Below are positions 1 to 10,097 of a stretch of 64,000 nucleotides of DNA, one piece after another; positions within the stretch are counted from its first letter, which is position 1, and every line of letters starts with the position of its first letter. Origin of the DNA: an uncultured bacterium (GTDB lineage: Bacteria; Chloroflexota; UBA5177; JANWHV01); assembly GCA_963827235.1 (NCBI GenBank), contig CAWHAE010000014.1, forward strand, positions 32,001-96,000, given 5' to 3'. The position numbers and the translations under genes were made by a program. The notes below the pieces were generated by a model, which made no database searches, was not told where the DNA came from, and saw only the letters and a program-made list of their open reading frames with translations.

Positions 1-1
1 C

Positions 2-97
2 GACAGCCTGTTCTCAGGCGACCGCGGGCGAATCGATTGGGCTCTGGACGTGCTGCTCACCGGCCTCATGGCACACGCCCCGCCGTCACCCGGCTGA
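2..97 (+). CDS. C-terminal end of a probable TetR/AcrR-family regulator (truncated by window edge)
   Basis: Frame 2 reads DSLFSGDRGRIDWALDVLLTGLMAHAPPSPG*, resembling TetR C-terminal helices; lies upstream of an MFS exporter. Confidence 0.45.
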   Translation, partial: DSLFSGDRGRIDWALDVLLTGLMAHAPPSPG

Positions 98-361
98 TCC
101 TACTCGATCTCTATCGTTTCACACACCCGAACCAAGGAGCGTCGACCATGTCGAGGCGATCCGTGCATCGCTGTTCCCTGCGAGGCGCCGAGCGCGCCGA
201 TTCCGCTGCCGTCCTGACCGTCAGGGCGCCATCGCTCCCGGTCGGACCGCACCAAGAGATCCCGGCACCTCGAGGATCGGCAGGTCCCGCGCTCCGGCCG
301 CCGCACAACGCGCCGGGCCATCCAGTTGGCCCGGCATCGCGCATCCCAAGGAGTTCTTGAC

Positions 362-1795
362 GTGTCTGCTGCAGTTGACGCACTCGACCAACCCTCGGAG
401 TCCGGGACTCATCCAACGGCGCCGGTGCTGTGGGCCATCCTCATTGTGATCCTCATCGCCGACATGATGGATCTCCTCGACTCGACCCTGACGAACATCG
501 CCGCGCCCAGCGTTGCGAGGGACCTGGGCGGCGGAGTCTCGCTCATCAAGTGGCTTGGATCCAGCTACGCGCTGTCTATGGGCGTTCTCCTGGTGGCAGG
601 GGGACGGCTGGGCGACAGATACGGCCAGCGTCGGGTGTTTCTGATCGGCCAGATCGGCTTCACAATGGCGTCCGGTGTCTGCGGACTGGCCGTCGGTCCC
701 GCCATGATGGTCGCGGCCAGGCTGTGCCAGGGCGCCTTCGGCGCGCTGCTCATTCCCCAGGGCATGGCGATCATGACCGCTACCTTCCCGCGCGAGTTCA
801 TGACCAACGCATTCAGCGCCTATGGGCCTGCACTCGGCATCGGCATGATCGGCGGCCCTCCCCTTGGGGGCTTCATCATTACCGCGAATTTTGCCGGTCT
901 CGGCTGGCGACCCATGTTCCTGATCAACATCGTGCTGGGCTGCATCGGCTGCGCGGCCGCCGTGCGATTCCTGCCCAAGCTCACCGGCGACCGCACGGCG
1001 ACCGTGGACGGCCTCGGTGCGGCGTTACTGGGCGGCTCCATGCTCGGTGCGATGTATGGGCTCATCGAGGGCTCCACTGGCGGCTGGACCATTGTGCCTG
1101 TCGCATGCATTGCCGGCGGCCTCGCCTGCTTCGCACTGTTCTGCCGCCGGCAACTCTCGTCCGAGCAACCACTGATCAAGCCGAGCCTGCTGAAGAACCG
1201 TGGCTTCACCGGCGGCCTCCTGCTTGGCCTGTTCTACTTCGCGGTCGTGAGCGGGCTCATGTACGTCATGTCTCTTTTCCTGCAGGGTGGACTCGGCCGC
1301 ACTGCCGGTGAGGCCGCGGTCGACCTCATCCCCGTGGCGGCCGGTATCGTGATTAGCTCGTTCGCTGGTGCCCGGCTCATTCCCATGCTGGGCCGCACGC
1401 TGATACTCGTCGGCCTGCTGCTGACCGTGGCCGGGGCCGGCGGCTTTCTGGCAGGCGTGCTCGCCGGCGGTCTGCAGGTGAGTGCGTGGGCAGTCGAGCC
1501 GGCCATGCTGGCGATCGGTCTGGGCATGGGTGCCTGTTTCGGCACGCTGTTCGATGCGGCGCTGAGTGCTGTCAGCCCGGACGAGGCCGGCAGCGCCAGT
1601 GGCTCTCTCAGCGCCGTGCAGCAGATCGCCGGCTGCCTCGGCTCGGCGCTCATCACGACCGTGTACTTCCAGGCGCTCCCGTCGAGCGGCTCTGCACACG
1701 CCGTCTCGGCCAGCCTCGCGGTGGTGATCGGCATCGCCGGCCCGTGCTGCTTCCTCGTGTGGCTGCTGCCCGCCAGGATTCGCGTTCAGCACTGA
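362..1795 (+). CDS. MFS drug/H+ antiporter, DHA2 (EmrB/QacA) type
   Basis: MDLLDSTLTNIAAP, GGRLGDRYGQRRVF and GWRPMFLINI motifs, many TM segments; AAGGAG RBS before GTG at 362. Confidence 0.9.
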   Translation: MSAAVDALDQPSESGTHPTAPVLWAILIVILIADMMDLLDSTLTNIAAPSVARDLGGGVSLIKWLGSSYALSMGVLLVAGGRLGDRYGQRRVFLIGQIGFTMASGVCGLAVGPAMMVAARLCQGAFGALLIPQGMAIMTATFPREFMTNAFSAYGPALGIGMIGGPPLGGFIITANFAGLGWRPMFLINIVLGCIGCAAAVRFLPKLTGDRTATVDGLGAALLGGSMLGAMYGLIEGSTGGWTIVPVACIAGGLACFALFCRRQLSSEQPLIKPSLLKNRGFTGGLLLGLFYFAVVSGLMYVMSLFLQGGLGRTAGEAAVDLIPVAAGIVISSFAGARLIPMLGRTLILVGLLLTVAGAGGFLAGVLAGGLQVSAWAVEPAMLAIGLGMGACFGTLFDAALSAVSPDEAGSASGSLSAVQQIAGCLGSALITTVYFQALPSSGSAHAVSASLAVVIGIAGPCCFLVWLLPARIRVQH

Positions 1796-2174
1796 GAGCG
1801 CCACACTGTTCGACGCCGAATGCGCGTCCGGTCAATGTGCCATTACAGCTTGGTGTCTGGCAGACATGGAAGCCATGGCAGGCACATCCAGGGGCGGTCG
1901 GGAGCACAGCAGGCCCGGCATCGCTCGACCGGAGCCGGGTATCGCAGTCTGGGTCCCGGCAGCACGATCCCGAAGGAATCAAGGCCAGGATCGCCAATAT
2001 CGCGTGCGCCCTCGTGTGTCAGGCGGACGGGACGATCGCGCCGCTCGCGGTCCTGGGTCGGGTTAGCTACCAGGAGAGCTCACGCGCAGAATCTGACCGC
2101 ACGGGCGCCGCACCAGCAGAGTCGTCGATACTGCCGTAACCACGAACGGTATACTGGCGACGAGGAATTCTGTC

Positions 2175-3317
2175 ATGACTCAGAGCAACGGTCCTGCGCA
2201 TGGCGTGCGCGCCCGCGTCCGTGAGCTGGGCATCGTGATCGGTAGCCTGCCGCCCGGCCCGCTCAACGCGATCACGGACGTGGCTGGCGTGCGGGTCGGC
2301 TACACCACGCTGATCCGGGGCGAAGGTGCTCTGGTGGTCGGGCAGGGACCGGTCCGAACTGGGGTCACGGTGATTCTGCCACGCCCAGGTGCGGCGGGAG
2401 CCGCGGCGGACCCGCTCTTTGCCGGCTATCACGTTCTGAACGGCAACGGCGAGATGACGGGCCTGGCCTGGATCGAGGAGTCGGGCCTGCTCAGTAGCAA
2501 CGTCGCGCTTACCAACACGCATAGCGTGGGTGTGGTGCGCGATGCGCTGATCGCCCACGAGGTGGCCCTCGGCCATACCGGGACCAGGCAGGATTGGAGC
2601 CTTCCCGTGGTGGCCGAGACGTTCGACGGCTTCCTAAACGATGTCAACGGCATGCACGTTCGCCCCGAGCATGTATTTGCCGCCATCGAGTCCGCGCGCG
2701 ACGGGCCGGTGGCCGAGGGCTGCGTGGGCGGCGGCACCGGAATGATCTGCCACGGCTTCAAGGGCGGTACCGGCACGGCCTCGCGGCGGCTCCCGCCGGC
2801 GGAGGGAGGATGGACGGTTGGCGTCCTGGTGCAGGCCAACTACGGCGTGCGCCGCCTGTTCAGGTTGGATGGTGTCCCTGTTGGACAGGTGATCGGTCCG
2901 GCCGAAGTGCCGGAGCCCTGGTCGCCTCCCTCGGATACCGGATCGATTATTGTGATCGCCGCCACTGACGCGCCACTGCTGCCTGCCGGATGCCGCCGGC
3001 TGGCACAGCGGGCGACCATCGGTCTGGCCCGCATGGGCGGCGTGGGGGCGAATTCGAGCGGCGACCTCTTCCTGGCATTTTCGACCGCCAATCAGGGCCT
3101 CGGGCCTGCCGCCGGCGACGTGCGGCCACTCACCGTGCGGACGCTGCCGAACAGCGCCATGACCGTGCTCTTCGAGGCGGTTGCGGAGGCCGTGGAAGAG
3201 GCCATTGCGAACGCGCTGTGCATGGCGGTCACTACCACTGGCGTCGACGGCCACACGGCCCACGCCCTGCCCTTGGGCCGCCTGCAAGAGGTCATGCGGG
3301 CGTGCCGGCGGCTCTAG
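2175..3317 (+). CDS. dmpA: P1/S58 family aminopeptidase (DmpA-like)
   Basis: NAITDVAGVRVG, NGNGEMTG, EGCVGGGTGM, GSIIVIAATDAPL (G|S autoproteolysis site), SGDLFLAFSTAN. Confidence 0.9.
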   Translation: MTQSNGPAHGVRARVRELGIVIGSLPPGPLNAITDVAGVRVGYTTLIRGEGALVVGQGPVRTGVTVILPRPGAAGAAADPLFAGYHVLNGNGEMTGLAWIEESGLLSSNVALTNTHSVGVVRDALIAHEVALGHTGTRQDWSLPVVAETFDGFLNDVNGMHVRPEHVFAAIESARDGPVAEGCVGGGTGMICHGFKGGTGTASRRLPPAEGGWTVGVLVQANYGVRRLFRLDGVPVGQVIGPAEVPEPWSPPSDTGSIIVIAATDAPLLPAGCRRLAQRATIGLARMGGVGANSSGDLFLAFSTANQGLGPAAGDVRPLTVRTLPNSAMTVLFEAVAEAVEEAIANALCMAVTTTGVDGHTAHALPLGRLQEVMRACRRL

Positions 3318-3646
3318 GCAGGCCCACCACCTGCTGGCGGTGTTGCCGGGAGCGTCGGGATAAGACAGGCTCACGGTGTCCTGCCCGCTGGTGCGCCGCG
3401 TGATGCCTGCCAAGGAGCTTGAGCCGGCAACAGTCGCAAGGAATGTGGAACGCCTGCCTCGCCAGCTGGGCGGCAAACGGTCCGTGTGTATTGGCGATAT
3501 TGATCGTCCGCTGCGACACATTGATCATTATGCAACGACCATCCATAGTGGGATGAACAGAGCGACCCGCGCGGGCGGTGCTGCGTAGTGGGCCCGGGCC
3601 TCGACCTACCGGGGCACCGGAGCGGGAGTTCAGGGAGGGATCCGCG

Positions 3647-4816
3647 ATGCCCATCCGAGTATGTCTGGTCACCGTTCACGGCATAGGCTTCCAGCACGCC
3701 CCGCTCACTGACGGCACGCCCGGGTACGCCGACCCTCTGCACGACCACCTGAAGTCCGTCCTGGGCGACTTGCTCGGCGACGACCCCAATCGCCGCGATG
3801 GCGGGCCGGTCTACGTGCAGAGCAACTGGCCGCCCGGGTCGCTCAGCACCGAGCCGGCCCTTGCTCGCCTGGGCACGTGGGACCCGGCGAATCGCGACAG
3901 GATCCAGGATCCGAAGCCGCCTCTGATCGGCGGCAGCGGATCGATCGCCCACGTGGCCCTCGTCTACTCGCACCTGGAAGACGTTCGCTTCCTGCTTGGA
4001 TCGGCCGCCGAAAGCTTGGCCCGAGTGACGTTCTCGCACGGCGGATACTCTTCGATCGGGTCGGCTGTCAAGACCGGAGTGCAGGACGTCTGGGCCATCC
4101 TCACCCACCATAGCGATCAGTCGGCGATCACCACACCCAGTCTGCGGATACGTAGGCTGAGTGACGCGCCGGCGGAGCGCGACGATGCGCTGCCGGCTGC
4201 ACCCGCCGCTGAACCCGGATCCGGTGCGCCCAGCGTGATCGGTCGTCTCGACGACGACGTCGCGGCCTACGTGGCCCGCAACGACCTGCGAGAGCGCGTG
4301 CGCAGCTTCATCCGCGAGGCCATGCTCAGACTCTGCTGTCGCGACGACGTGCCGCTCGTGGTAGTCAACGCTCATAGTCAGGGCACCGTAGTCTGCTATG
4401 ACGTTCTTCGCCAGCTACCGCTCTCTGCGGCGGCCAAGCTCACATGGCTCGCCACGTCGGGCAGCCCCCTGCGCAAGTTTGCCGACTTCTTCCAGTGGGG
4501 CGCAGACGCCAGCTGTTTGGCGCAGACGCGGTGGACGAATTTCTACGACCAGCGCGATCCGGTCGCCGATCCGCTGCAACCCGGTCCGGGATGGCGGTTA
4601 GGAGACGCCCTGCCGCCCCAAGACGGCACGACCAGCATGTTCTACGCGGTGGACGCCGGCATGGGCTCCCGGCTTCCGGTGGCGATCACGGACGTACCGG
4701 TGGACAACATGCAATTCAGCAAAGGTGGCGGGCTTCAGGCGCACAACTACTGGGACAATGAGAAAGAGGTCGTGGGTGCGCTGGCAGCCGGCCTCAGGAG
4801 CATCCTGGGCGCTTGA
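3647..4816 (+). CDS. Hypothetical alpha/beta-hydrolase-fold protein
   Basis: VHGIG, AHSQG nucleophile elbow, SGSPL, WTNFYDQRDPV, C-terminal HNYW; GGGAGG RBS before ATG 3647. Confidence 0.65.
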   Translation: MPIRVCLVTVHGIGFQHAPLTDGTPGYADPLHDHLKSVLGDLLGDDPNRRDGGPVYVQSNWPPGSLSTEPALARLGTWDPANRDRIQDPKPPLIGGSGSIAHVALVYSHLEDVRFLLGSAAESLARVTFSHGGYSSIGSAVKTGVQDVWAILTHHSDQSAITTPSLRIRRLSDAPAERDDALPAAPAAEPGSGAPSVIGRLDDDVAAYVARNDLRERVRSFIREAMLRLCCRDDVPLVVVNAHSQGTVVCYDVLRQLPLSAAAKLTWLATSGSPLRKFADFFQWGADASCLAQTRWTNFYDQRDPVADPLQPGPGWRLGDALPPQDGTTSMFYAVDAGMGSRLPVAITDVPVDNMQFSKGGGLQAHNYWDNEKEVVGALAAGLRSILGA

Positions 4817-5122
4817 AGCCGATCGCCCGTCGGGCTGCGGCGCCCTTCGGATCCGGTATAGCCTGAGTCCGGTACGCCCGGCGAACGCCTAACTACCGGC
4901 TTTGGCGACGCACGGAGGATCATCTGGGCCCGCGGGTCAAAGAGATGCATTGCCGCGGCAGGTCGCCGCGAGCGCTCCTGCGGCGGCATCCTGGGCCGTC
5001 CCAACGACCATTCGACGTGCTAAGCCTCCGCGTCTGACGTCACTCGCTTCTGCCGGCGGTGTGGCGAGGGTTCTGGGATGCAACCGTGCCTCGCGGCTCG
5101 GCCCAGAGTAGGCGCATGCTGC

Positions 5123-5147
5123 TTGACGTGGTAGAATATATGTACTA
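5123..5147 (+). promoter_or_regulatory. Promoter elements overlapped by a LexA-like palindrome
   Basis: TTGACG at 5123, extended -10 TGGTAGAAT at 5129-5137, imperfect palindrome TAGAATATATGTACTA at 5132-5147. Confidence 0.5.
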
Positions 5148-5164
5148 GAAACAGCGGTGGCAAG

Positions 5165-5455
5165 GTGATAGAGGACAACTCGCAAGCGTTCGAGCCTCGG
5201 TTCCGGCAGCTCGGCAAATACGTGTTCCAGGTACGCAGCCGGCGCGAGCGAGGGCCATACTACACGGTCGATGCTCTGCACCTGAGCTGCACCTGCAAAG
5301 CCGGGTTCTACGGTATCCGCTGCTGGCACTTGGCCTGGGCGATCCAGCAGCAGTATTGGCAGGCGGAAGCCGAAAGGCGCGCGCCGAAGCGCCGCCGCGG
5401 CCGCAAACGCGGCGCAGCCGGCACGCGCGGAGCGTCCGCGAGCCACGTCGCCTGA
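5165..5455 (+). CDS. Small SWIM zinc-finger protein
   Basis: YTV...CTC-x7-CWH SWIM signature, basic C-terminal tail. Confidence 0.75.
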   Translation: MIEDNSQAFEPRFRQLGKYVFQVRSRRERGPYYTVDALHLSCTCKAGFYGIRCWHLAWAIQQQYWQAEAERRAPKRRRGRKRGAAGTRGASASHVA

Positions 5456-5632
5456 TCGCGGCAACTATCCCCTCCTGAAGGGTCATCGCCGCACACGCGG
5501 TCGGCAGCCGACTCAGTGCCCACACACATGACTAGTGCAGTGAGAGATGCTCCGGCTGTGCGCTCCGTTATGTCGGTGTTTGCCGCTGTGCCGAGACATG
5601 GGCTCCGGTAGCCGGGCGGCGCGCCCCTCTTG

Positions 5633-6646
5633 TCAGGGCACCGCGAAGGTCAGGCGGAAGGGTCCATGTACCCTCACCATCCTGCCAGCCTGGCTGAGGT
5701 CGATCTCCGGAATGTCCAGGGTGGCCGATCCACCATGGGCCAAGGGCGGCACGATCCAGACCACCGGGCATGTGTCGTTACCGCAGACTCCCGTCCAGGA
5801 GCCAGCGATTGCCCTGCCGTTTAGGTATGCGCGCGGCAGCAAGGGCAGCGAGCTCGCCGGAACTCCGATCGACCCATGCAGATATCCGCCCACCGGCCAC
5901 AGCATCAACCAGGTGATACTTATCAGTACACCGCCGGCGAAGGTCCGGCTGTGTAGCGGCACGTCTCGACTCTGGGCGAGCGCGCGGAGGTTCAGCGGCA
6001 CCTTGATGGCTGGGAGAAGACGCAGGGGTGGCAGGTGTTGTGGTCCCGCCGGAAGCCGCTCTACCCAAGGCTGTAGCAGCACCACTCTTGTCGCGCGCGG
6101 TACTGTGCCGTAGACTGCCAGGCAGTTTTCACTGGGGCGATCGAATGGCAGCCAATCCGGCAGCAATCCGGACGCCCGCTTGCACGTGCTCGTCGATCCG
6201 GTGTTGAGCCAGCCGCCCGGAACGGCAGTCAGCTTGAAGCCCATGACCTTGGTCGTCCTGGCACTCGATGCTTCGGTCAGATGGTAGGCGACGTAAGTAT
6301 GCTCGCCGTCCACAGCCACACGATCGACAGTTACCGGTCCGCGCGGTTGGCCCGGAGCCGGCCGCGCGACCAACCCGATGCTCTCGAGATAGTGCTCGAA
6401 CGGTATCGAGCCCTCGAGATCCGTGCCGCCTTGGTCGCGGCTGGCCACGAGCGCGATGAGCGTGCCCGAGGCGGCCACGAGCAGCAACAGAAGTCCCACC
6501 AACACCAGGACGCGCATGCCGGAGTGCCTCGACTCGCCGCCTCCTGCCGGCATGGATGCGAGCCTGCGGTCGCCGTATCTGCCGTAATCGCCGAGACTCG
6601 TGCCGGCTGGTTCCATGATCCACTGCTGCGGGCGGGCCGCTACCAC
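5633..6646 (-). CDS. Hypothetical membrane-anchored/exported protein
   Basis: Long ORF with a single hydrophobic segment (VLVLVGLLLLLVAASGTLIALVA); GTG at 6646 overlaps upstream gene end, alternative ATG at 6616. Confidence 0.55.
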   Translation of the reverse strand: MVAARPQQWIMEPAGTSLGDYGRYGDRRLASMPAGGGESRHSGMRVLVLVGLLLLLVAASGTLIALVASRDQGGTDLEGSIPFEHYLESIGLVARPAPGQPRGPVTVDRVAVDGEHTYVAYHLTEASSARTTKVMGFKLTAVPGGWLNTGSTSTCKRASGLLPDWLPFDRPSENCLAVYGTVPRATRVVLLQPWVERLPAGPQHLPPLRLLPAIKVPLNLRALAQSRDVPLHSRTFAGGVLISITWLMLWPVGGYLHGSIGVPASSLPLLPRAYLNGRAIAGSWTGVCGNDTCPVVWIVPPLAHGGSATLDIPEIDLSQAGRMVRVHGPFRLTFAVP

Positions 6647-7482
6647 GTGTTCCCCTCGAGCGGAGCTTGCTGCCGAGAACTGCGTGGCCCGCTGCTTTCG
6701 CCAGCCGTAAGCAGCTCGAGCACCGCATCGGCGAGGCTCAGTCTTTCCGTGAGGGTTCCACACTGACCGAGCTCGCCATCGTCAGTATCGAGTCGCCAAG
6801 CAAGCGCCTGTTCGATTAGCGCCCGCCATTCCGGCAGCTCGTCGGCCGCCCACGAAGCAGCGCGCTTCTTGGAAGTCTGTTCGCCGAAACGGCAGCTACA
6901 CATGCAGCGGCACTGGGTCAGCACGGCGAATGCTTGCCCTTTCGCGCCGCCGCCGTCTTCCAGCCACCGGCGCAGCTCTCGCGCTTTGGCGCGGATGGAG
7001 AGGATATGCTCCTGGCGCGTGATCGGCTCGATGAGGTCGCGCGCCGGCGGACCGTGGAGCGGGAGGCTCACTTCGCGGACCAGATACCAGCTCAGGATCC
7101 GCTCGGGACGACTAACCGTGCGATGGAACGGTTCACCTGGGCTAACGTTCACGACCTCGCTCCGCCTCGACCGCACTGCGGCCAAAGCGTCCACGGATAC
7201 ATAGCATACTTCGATCCGGTCGGACCACTCGACGTAGTCTTTGGCAAAGGAGGCGTGCATACGACCCAGTTCCCCGTACTCGCGCTCGTCGAGCTCGTCG
7301 GCCAGCACGGCGGTGAGGTCCACGTCGCTCACTCCCTCGTCGAAGTCGCCCGTCACAAGCGAGCCGTCCAGGTACAGTCCGACCAGCTTCGCGCCGAGCA
7401 CGGACAGCATACGCTCGTGTAGACGTTGGAGCAGAACGTTGACACGCGGAAAGCTGGTGGGTTGGCACATCGCACCTTCCAC
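6640..7482 (-). CDS. Pol-beta nucleotidyltransferase, aminoglycoside adenylyltransferase-like (DUF4111-type C-terminus)
   Basis: LYLDGSLVTGDFDEGVSDVDL (GS...DxD) and SKKRAASWA...W..LIEQAL. Confidence 0.75.
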   Translation of the reverse strand: MEGAMCQPTSFPRVNVLLQRLHERMLSVLGAKLVGLYLDGSLVTGDFDEGVSDVDLTAVLADELDEREYGELGRMHASFAKDYVEWSDRIEVCYVSVDALAAVRSRRSEVVNVSPGEPFHRTVSRPERILSWYLVREVSLPLHGPPARDLIEPITRQEHILSIRAKARELRRWLEDGGGAKGQAFAVLTQCRCMCSCRFGEQTSKKRAASWAADELPEWRALIEQALAWRLDTDDGELGQCGTLTERLSLADAVLELLTAGESSGPRSSRQQAPLEGNTW

Positions 7483-7590
7483 GGTACTCCTGTTCTGGCG
7501 TTCCGTCGACCGACGGCTTGCCGCGGCAGATGGGCGAAGTCCGGCGGGCAGCCGAATGGTGCCCGCCGGACGGTTGCACGCTCTGGCCGG

Positions 7591-8691
7591 TTACTGCGAA
7601 GCCGCCAGCTCGCCGAGCACAACCTTGATTTGCATTGTCGATCCGCTTCGGACGACCGTCAGATTCATGGTCGCGCCGGGCGAAGACTTGGCGAGAGCGG
7701 TGATAAGGGCGGACTCGCCGGTGATCGGCGTGCCGTTTGCCGCGGTGATCACGTCACCCTGCTGCAGGCCGGCCTGAGCAGCCGGGCTGCCGGAGGCCAC
7801 GGTCTCGATCACCGCGCCTGTGGTTGGCGCCGTGCTCGAGCCGTCGCCGAAGCCGCCGAATCCGAAGCCGGCACCGGCCTGCGATGCGTCTGTGGCTACG
7901 AGGCCAAGGTACGCCCGCCCCGTGTGCGCTACCTTGCCGGTAGTGATGATCTGATGCGCAATCGTCGTAACACGATCACTGGGGATGGCGAAACCGATGC
8001 CCTGAGCGGCGCCGCCGTTGTTGTTTTGCGGGTCGCTCGCCTCGAGCGTCGGAATGCCCACTACCTGGCCGTCCAGGTTCACGAGCGCGCCACCCGAGTT
8101 GCCGGGATTGATCGGCGCCGACGTTTGCACGGCGTTTGGCAGGTACGCGCCGTTCGACTCTTGCACGGTACGGTTGAGGGCGCTGATCAGTCCGGACGTC
8201 ACCGTCTGCTGCAGGCCGAGCGGGCTGCCGATGGCGAGCACCGTCTGGGCGACCGCGTCCCCGCTGATCGGTGTGAAGTGGGCGGCGGGCAGGCCGGTGG
8301 CGCCGATGTGGATGATCGCCAGGTCGTCGGCGGCGTCGGTACCCAGCAGCGAAGCGGTGTACGTCTTGCCGCTGCTCAGCGTGACGGTGATCTTCTGCGC
8401 CTGCTCGATCACGTGGTCGTTGGTGACGATGTCTCCGGTGCTGTCGTAGATGACGCCGGATCCGGAGCCTATGCCCACGTTTTCGACGTAAACGACGGAA
8501 GGGCTGGCCACGCTGTATGCGTGTTCTGTCACCGCATCCAGGCCGGCGGCTGCACTCGCGGCGTGCGACACGGCGAACTGCGCCGATGCAGCCACGCCTG
8601 GTGGCGGAGCGCTGGTGCTCATGGCGCGATCCGCAATGGCCCCCGTGGCCACAAGTGCTGCTGCAAAGAGCGGTCGTGCAAATGCTAACAT
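7591..8691 (-). CDS. HtrA/DegP-like serine protease with PDZ domain
   Basis: GSGSGVI, TNDHV, DLAII, INPGNSGGAL, PDZ (SPAAQAGLQQGDVI); signal-like N-terminus after GAGGGG RBS. Confidence 0.92.
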   Translation of the reverse strand: MLAFARPLFAAALVATGAIADRAMSTSAPPPGVAASAQFAVSHAASAAAGLDAVTEHAYSVASPSVVYVENVGIGSGSGVIYDSTGDIVTNDHVIEQAQKITVTLSSGKTYTASLLGTDAADDLAIIHIGATGLPAAHFTPISGDAVAQTVLAIGSPLGLQQTVTSGLISALNRTVQESNGAYLPNAVQTSAPINPGNSGGALVNLDGQVVGIPTLEASDPQNNNGGAAQGIGFAIPSDRVTTIAHQIITTGKVAHTGRAYLGLVATDASQAGAGFGFGGFGDGSSTAPTTGAVIETVASGSPAAQAGLQQGDVITAANGTPITGESALITALAKSSPGATMNLTVVRSGSTMQIKVVLGELAASQ

Positions 8692-8849
8692 GCTGGTCCC
8701 CTCAGAAATGTTGGCCGTGGCGAAAGTCGGAGCGGCGCTAGTTGCCCTATCTCGGCGGTGTCCGCGGTGCTCCGCTGCGCCACGGAATGGAATGATTGGA
8801 GCTCCATCGGACTCGGGAGCCTGCTCCTCCCGGGCCATCACTCACTCTC

Positions 8850-8881
8850 AAAGTAAAGGACAACTATGACAGGAACGTGAC
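8850..8881 (-). promoter_or_regulatory. Putative OmpR/PhoB-family direct repeat plus -10 upstream of htrA
   Basis: Minus strand GTCAC-N6-GTCAT (11-bp period) followed by TACTTT. Confidence 0.4.
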
Positions 8882-9020
8882 CGCCGGATTAAGCGGATGT
8901 GATAGCGAGATTGCAAATACGCAACCTTGTCCGCCACGGCATATCCCAGCAAAGCTGCGTGGCGCACCCAGTAGGCGGCACATAGACAAGTGAGCACGTG
9001 CCCGTTGCATCCGCTCGTGA

Positions 9021-9329
9021 ATGATTCGCGCACGACTCGCCGACACAACGCAAGGCCGAAGGGGAAGAGTCGCTTGTCGTACGGCACTCGACCTCGACAG
9101 CCTGGAGCGACTGCTTCGCGAGGGCCACGAGATCGGAGAGCACGGCTATCTTCGTCCACACACGGCATCCCCACATCAGCGGGCGGGCCTGCCGCAGCCT
9201 GCTGCTCGAGCGCTTGCTGAGATTCGTGTCGGCCTTTCCGGACGTGGGGTGGGCAACCTGCGGCCAGATCGCCGATTAAGTGCCGGCCACGATGCGTGCA
9301 CCGTGCAGCCCTTCCTCGACCCGGGATAG
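9021..9329 (+). pseudogene. Possible remnant of a polysaccharide deacetylase (NodB-like)
   Basis: Only SLERLLREGHEIGEHGYL resembles the GHEIxxHG motif; the rest is uninformative. Confidence 0.3.
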
Positions 9330-9506
9330 CCACGCTTCGCCGCCAGGCCACTCCCGATAGGGCTAAGCTGCCTGCCAAGTTAAGGTAGTTTAGACATGGT
9401 AAACCGGCCCAAATGACACTACGACTGCTGCTTGCCGTCACGTAGTCTTGAGTCATAGAGAACCGGGACTCGGAACCGGTACGCGGGACAAAGAAAGGAC
9501 ACGTCG

Positions 9507-10064
9507 GTGACGGCTGATCTACGCTGGCGAGTGATAGTGTTGCAAGTGGTCATGGTTGTGGTGCTTGCCTTCGGTACCGGCTTCTTGTATTGGGCGGCCA
9601 ACTTCACGCATTCGAACGTACGGGACCAGCTGGTGGCACAGGACATCACGTTCCCGGCCGCCAACAGCGCGTCCGTCAACGCACTGCCGCCTGCCGACGC
9701 GGCGGCCATGCGGCAGTACGCTGGGCAGGCCCTGACCAACGGCGACCAGGCGCTCGCCTGGGCCAATCACTATATGGCGGTCCATCTGCAGGAGATCGGC
9801 GGCGGCAAGACCTACTCGCAAGTGAGCGCGCTGTCCATGGCCGCACCCAAGAATCAGGCACTGGCGAACGAAGTGCAGACGATATTCCGTGGTGAGACGC
9901 TTCGCGGGCTGCTCCTCAATGCTTGGGGCTGGTGGAACGTAGGGACCTACGCCTTCTACGCCGCGGTCGGCCTCACGGTAGCCACGGTGGCCGTGTTCAT
10001 GGCACTCCTGTACGAGCTGTTCCTTGCACCGGGACTCCGACCTCGCGGGTCGTCGTCCGTCTGA
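9507..10064 (+). CDS. Hypothetical membrane protein (two TM helices around an extracytoplasmic domain)
   Basis: GAAAGGA RBS; QLVAQDITFP, YAGQ, GGKTYSQ, FRGETLRGLLL motifs recalled from actinobacterial hypothetical proteins. Confidence 0.8.
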   Translation: MTADLRWRVIVLQVVMVVVLAFGTGFLYWAANFTHSNVRDQLVAQDITFPAANSASVNALPPADAAAMRQYAGQALTNGDQALAWANHYMAVHLQEIGGGKTYSQVSALSMAAPKNQALANEVQTIFRGETLRGLLLNAWGWWNVGTYAFYAAVGLTVATVAVFMALLYELFLAPGLRPRGSSSV

Positions 10065-10097
10065 GCAGCGCCGGCCCACGATCTCGACATAACACCA

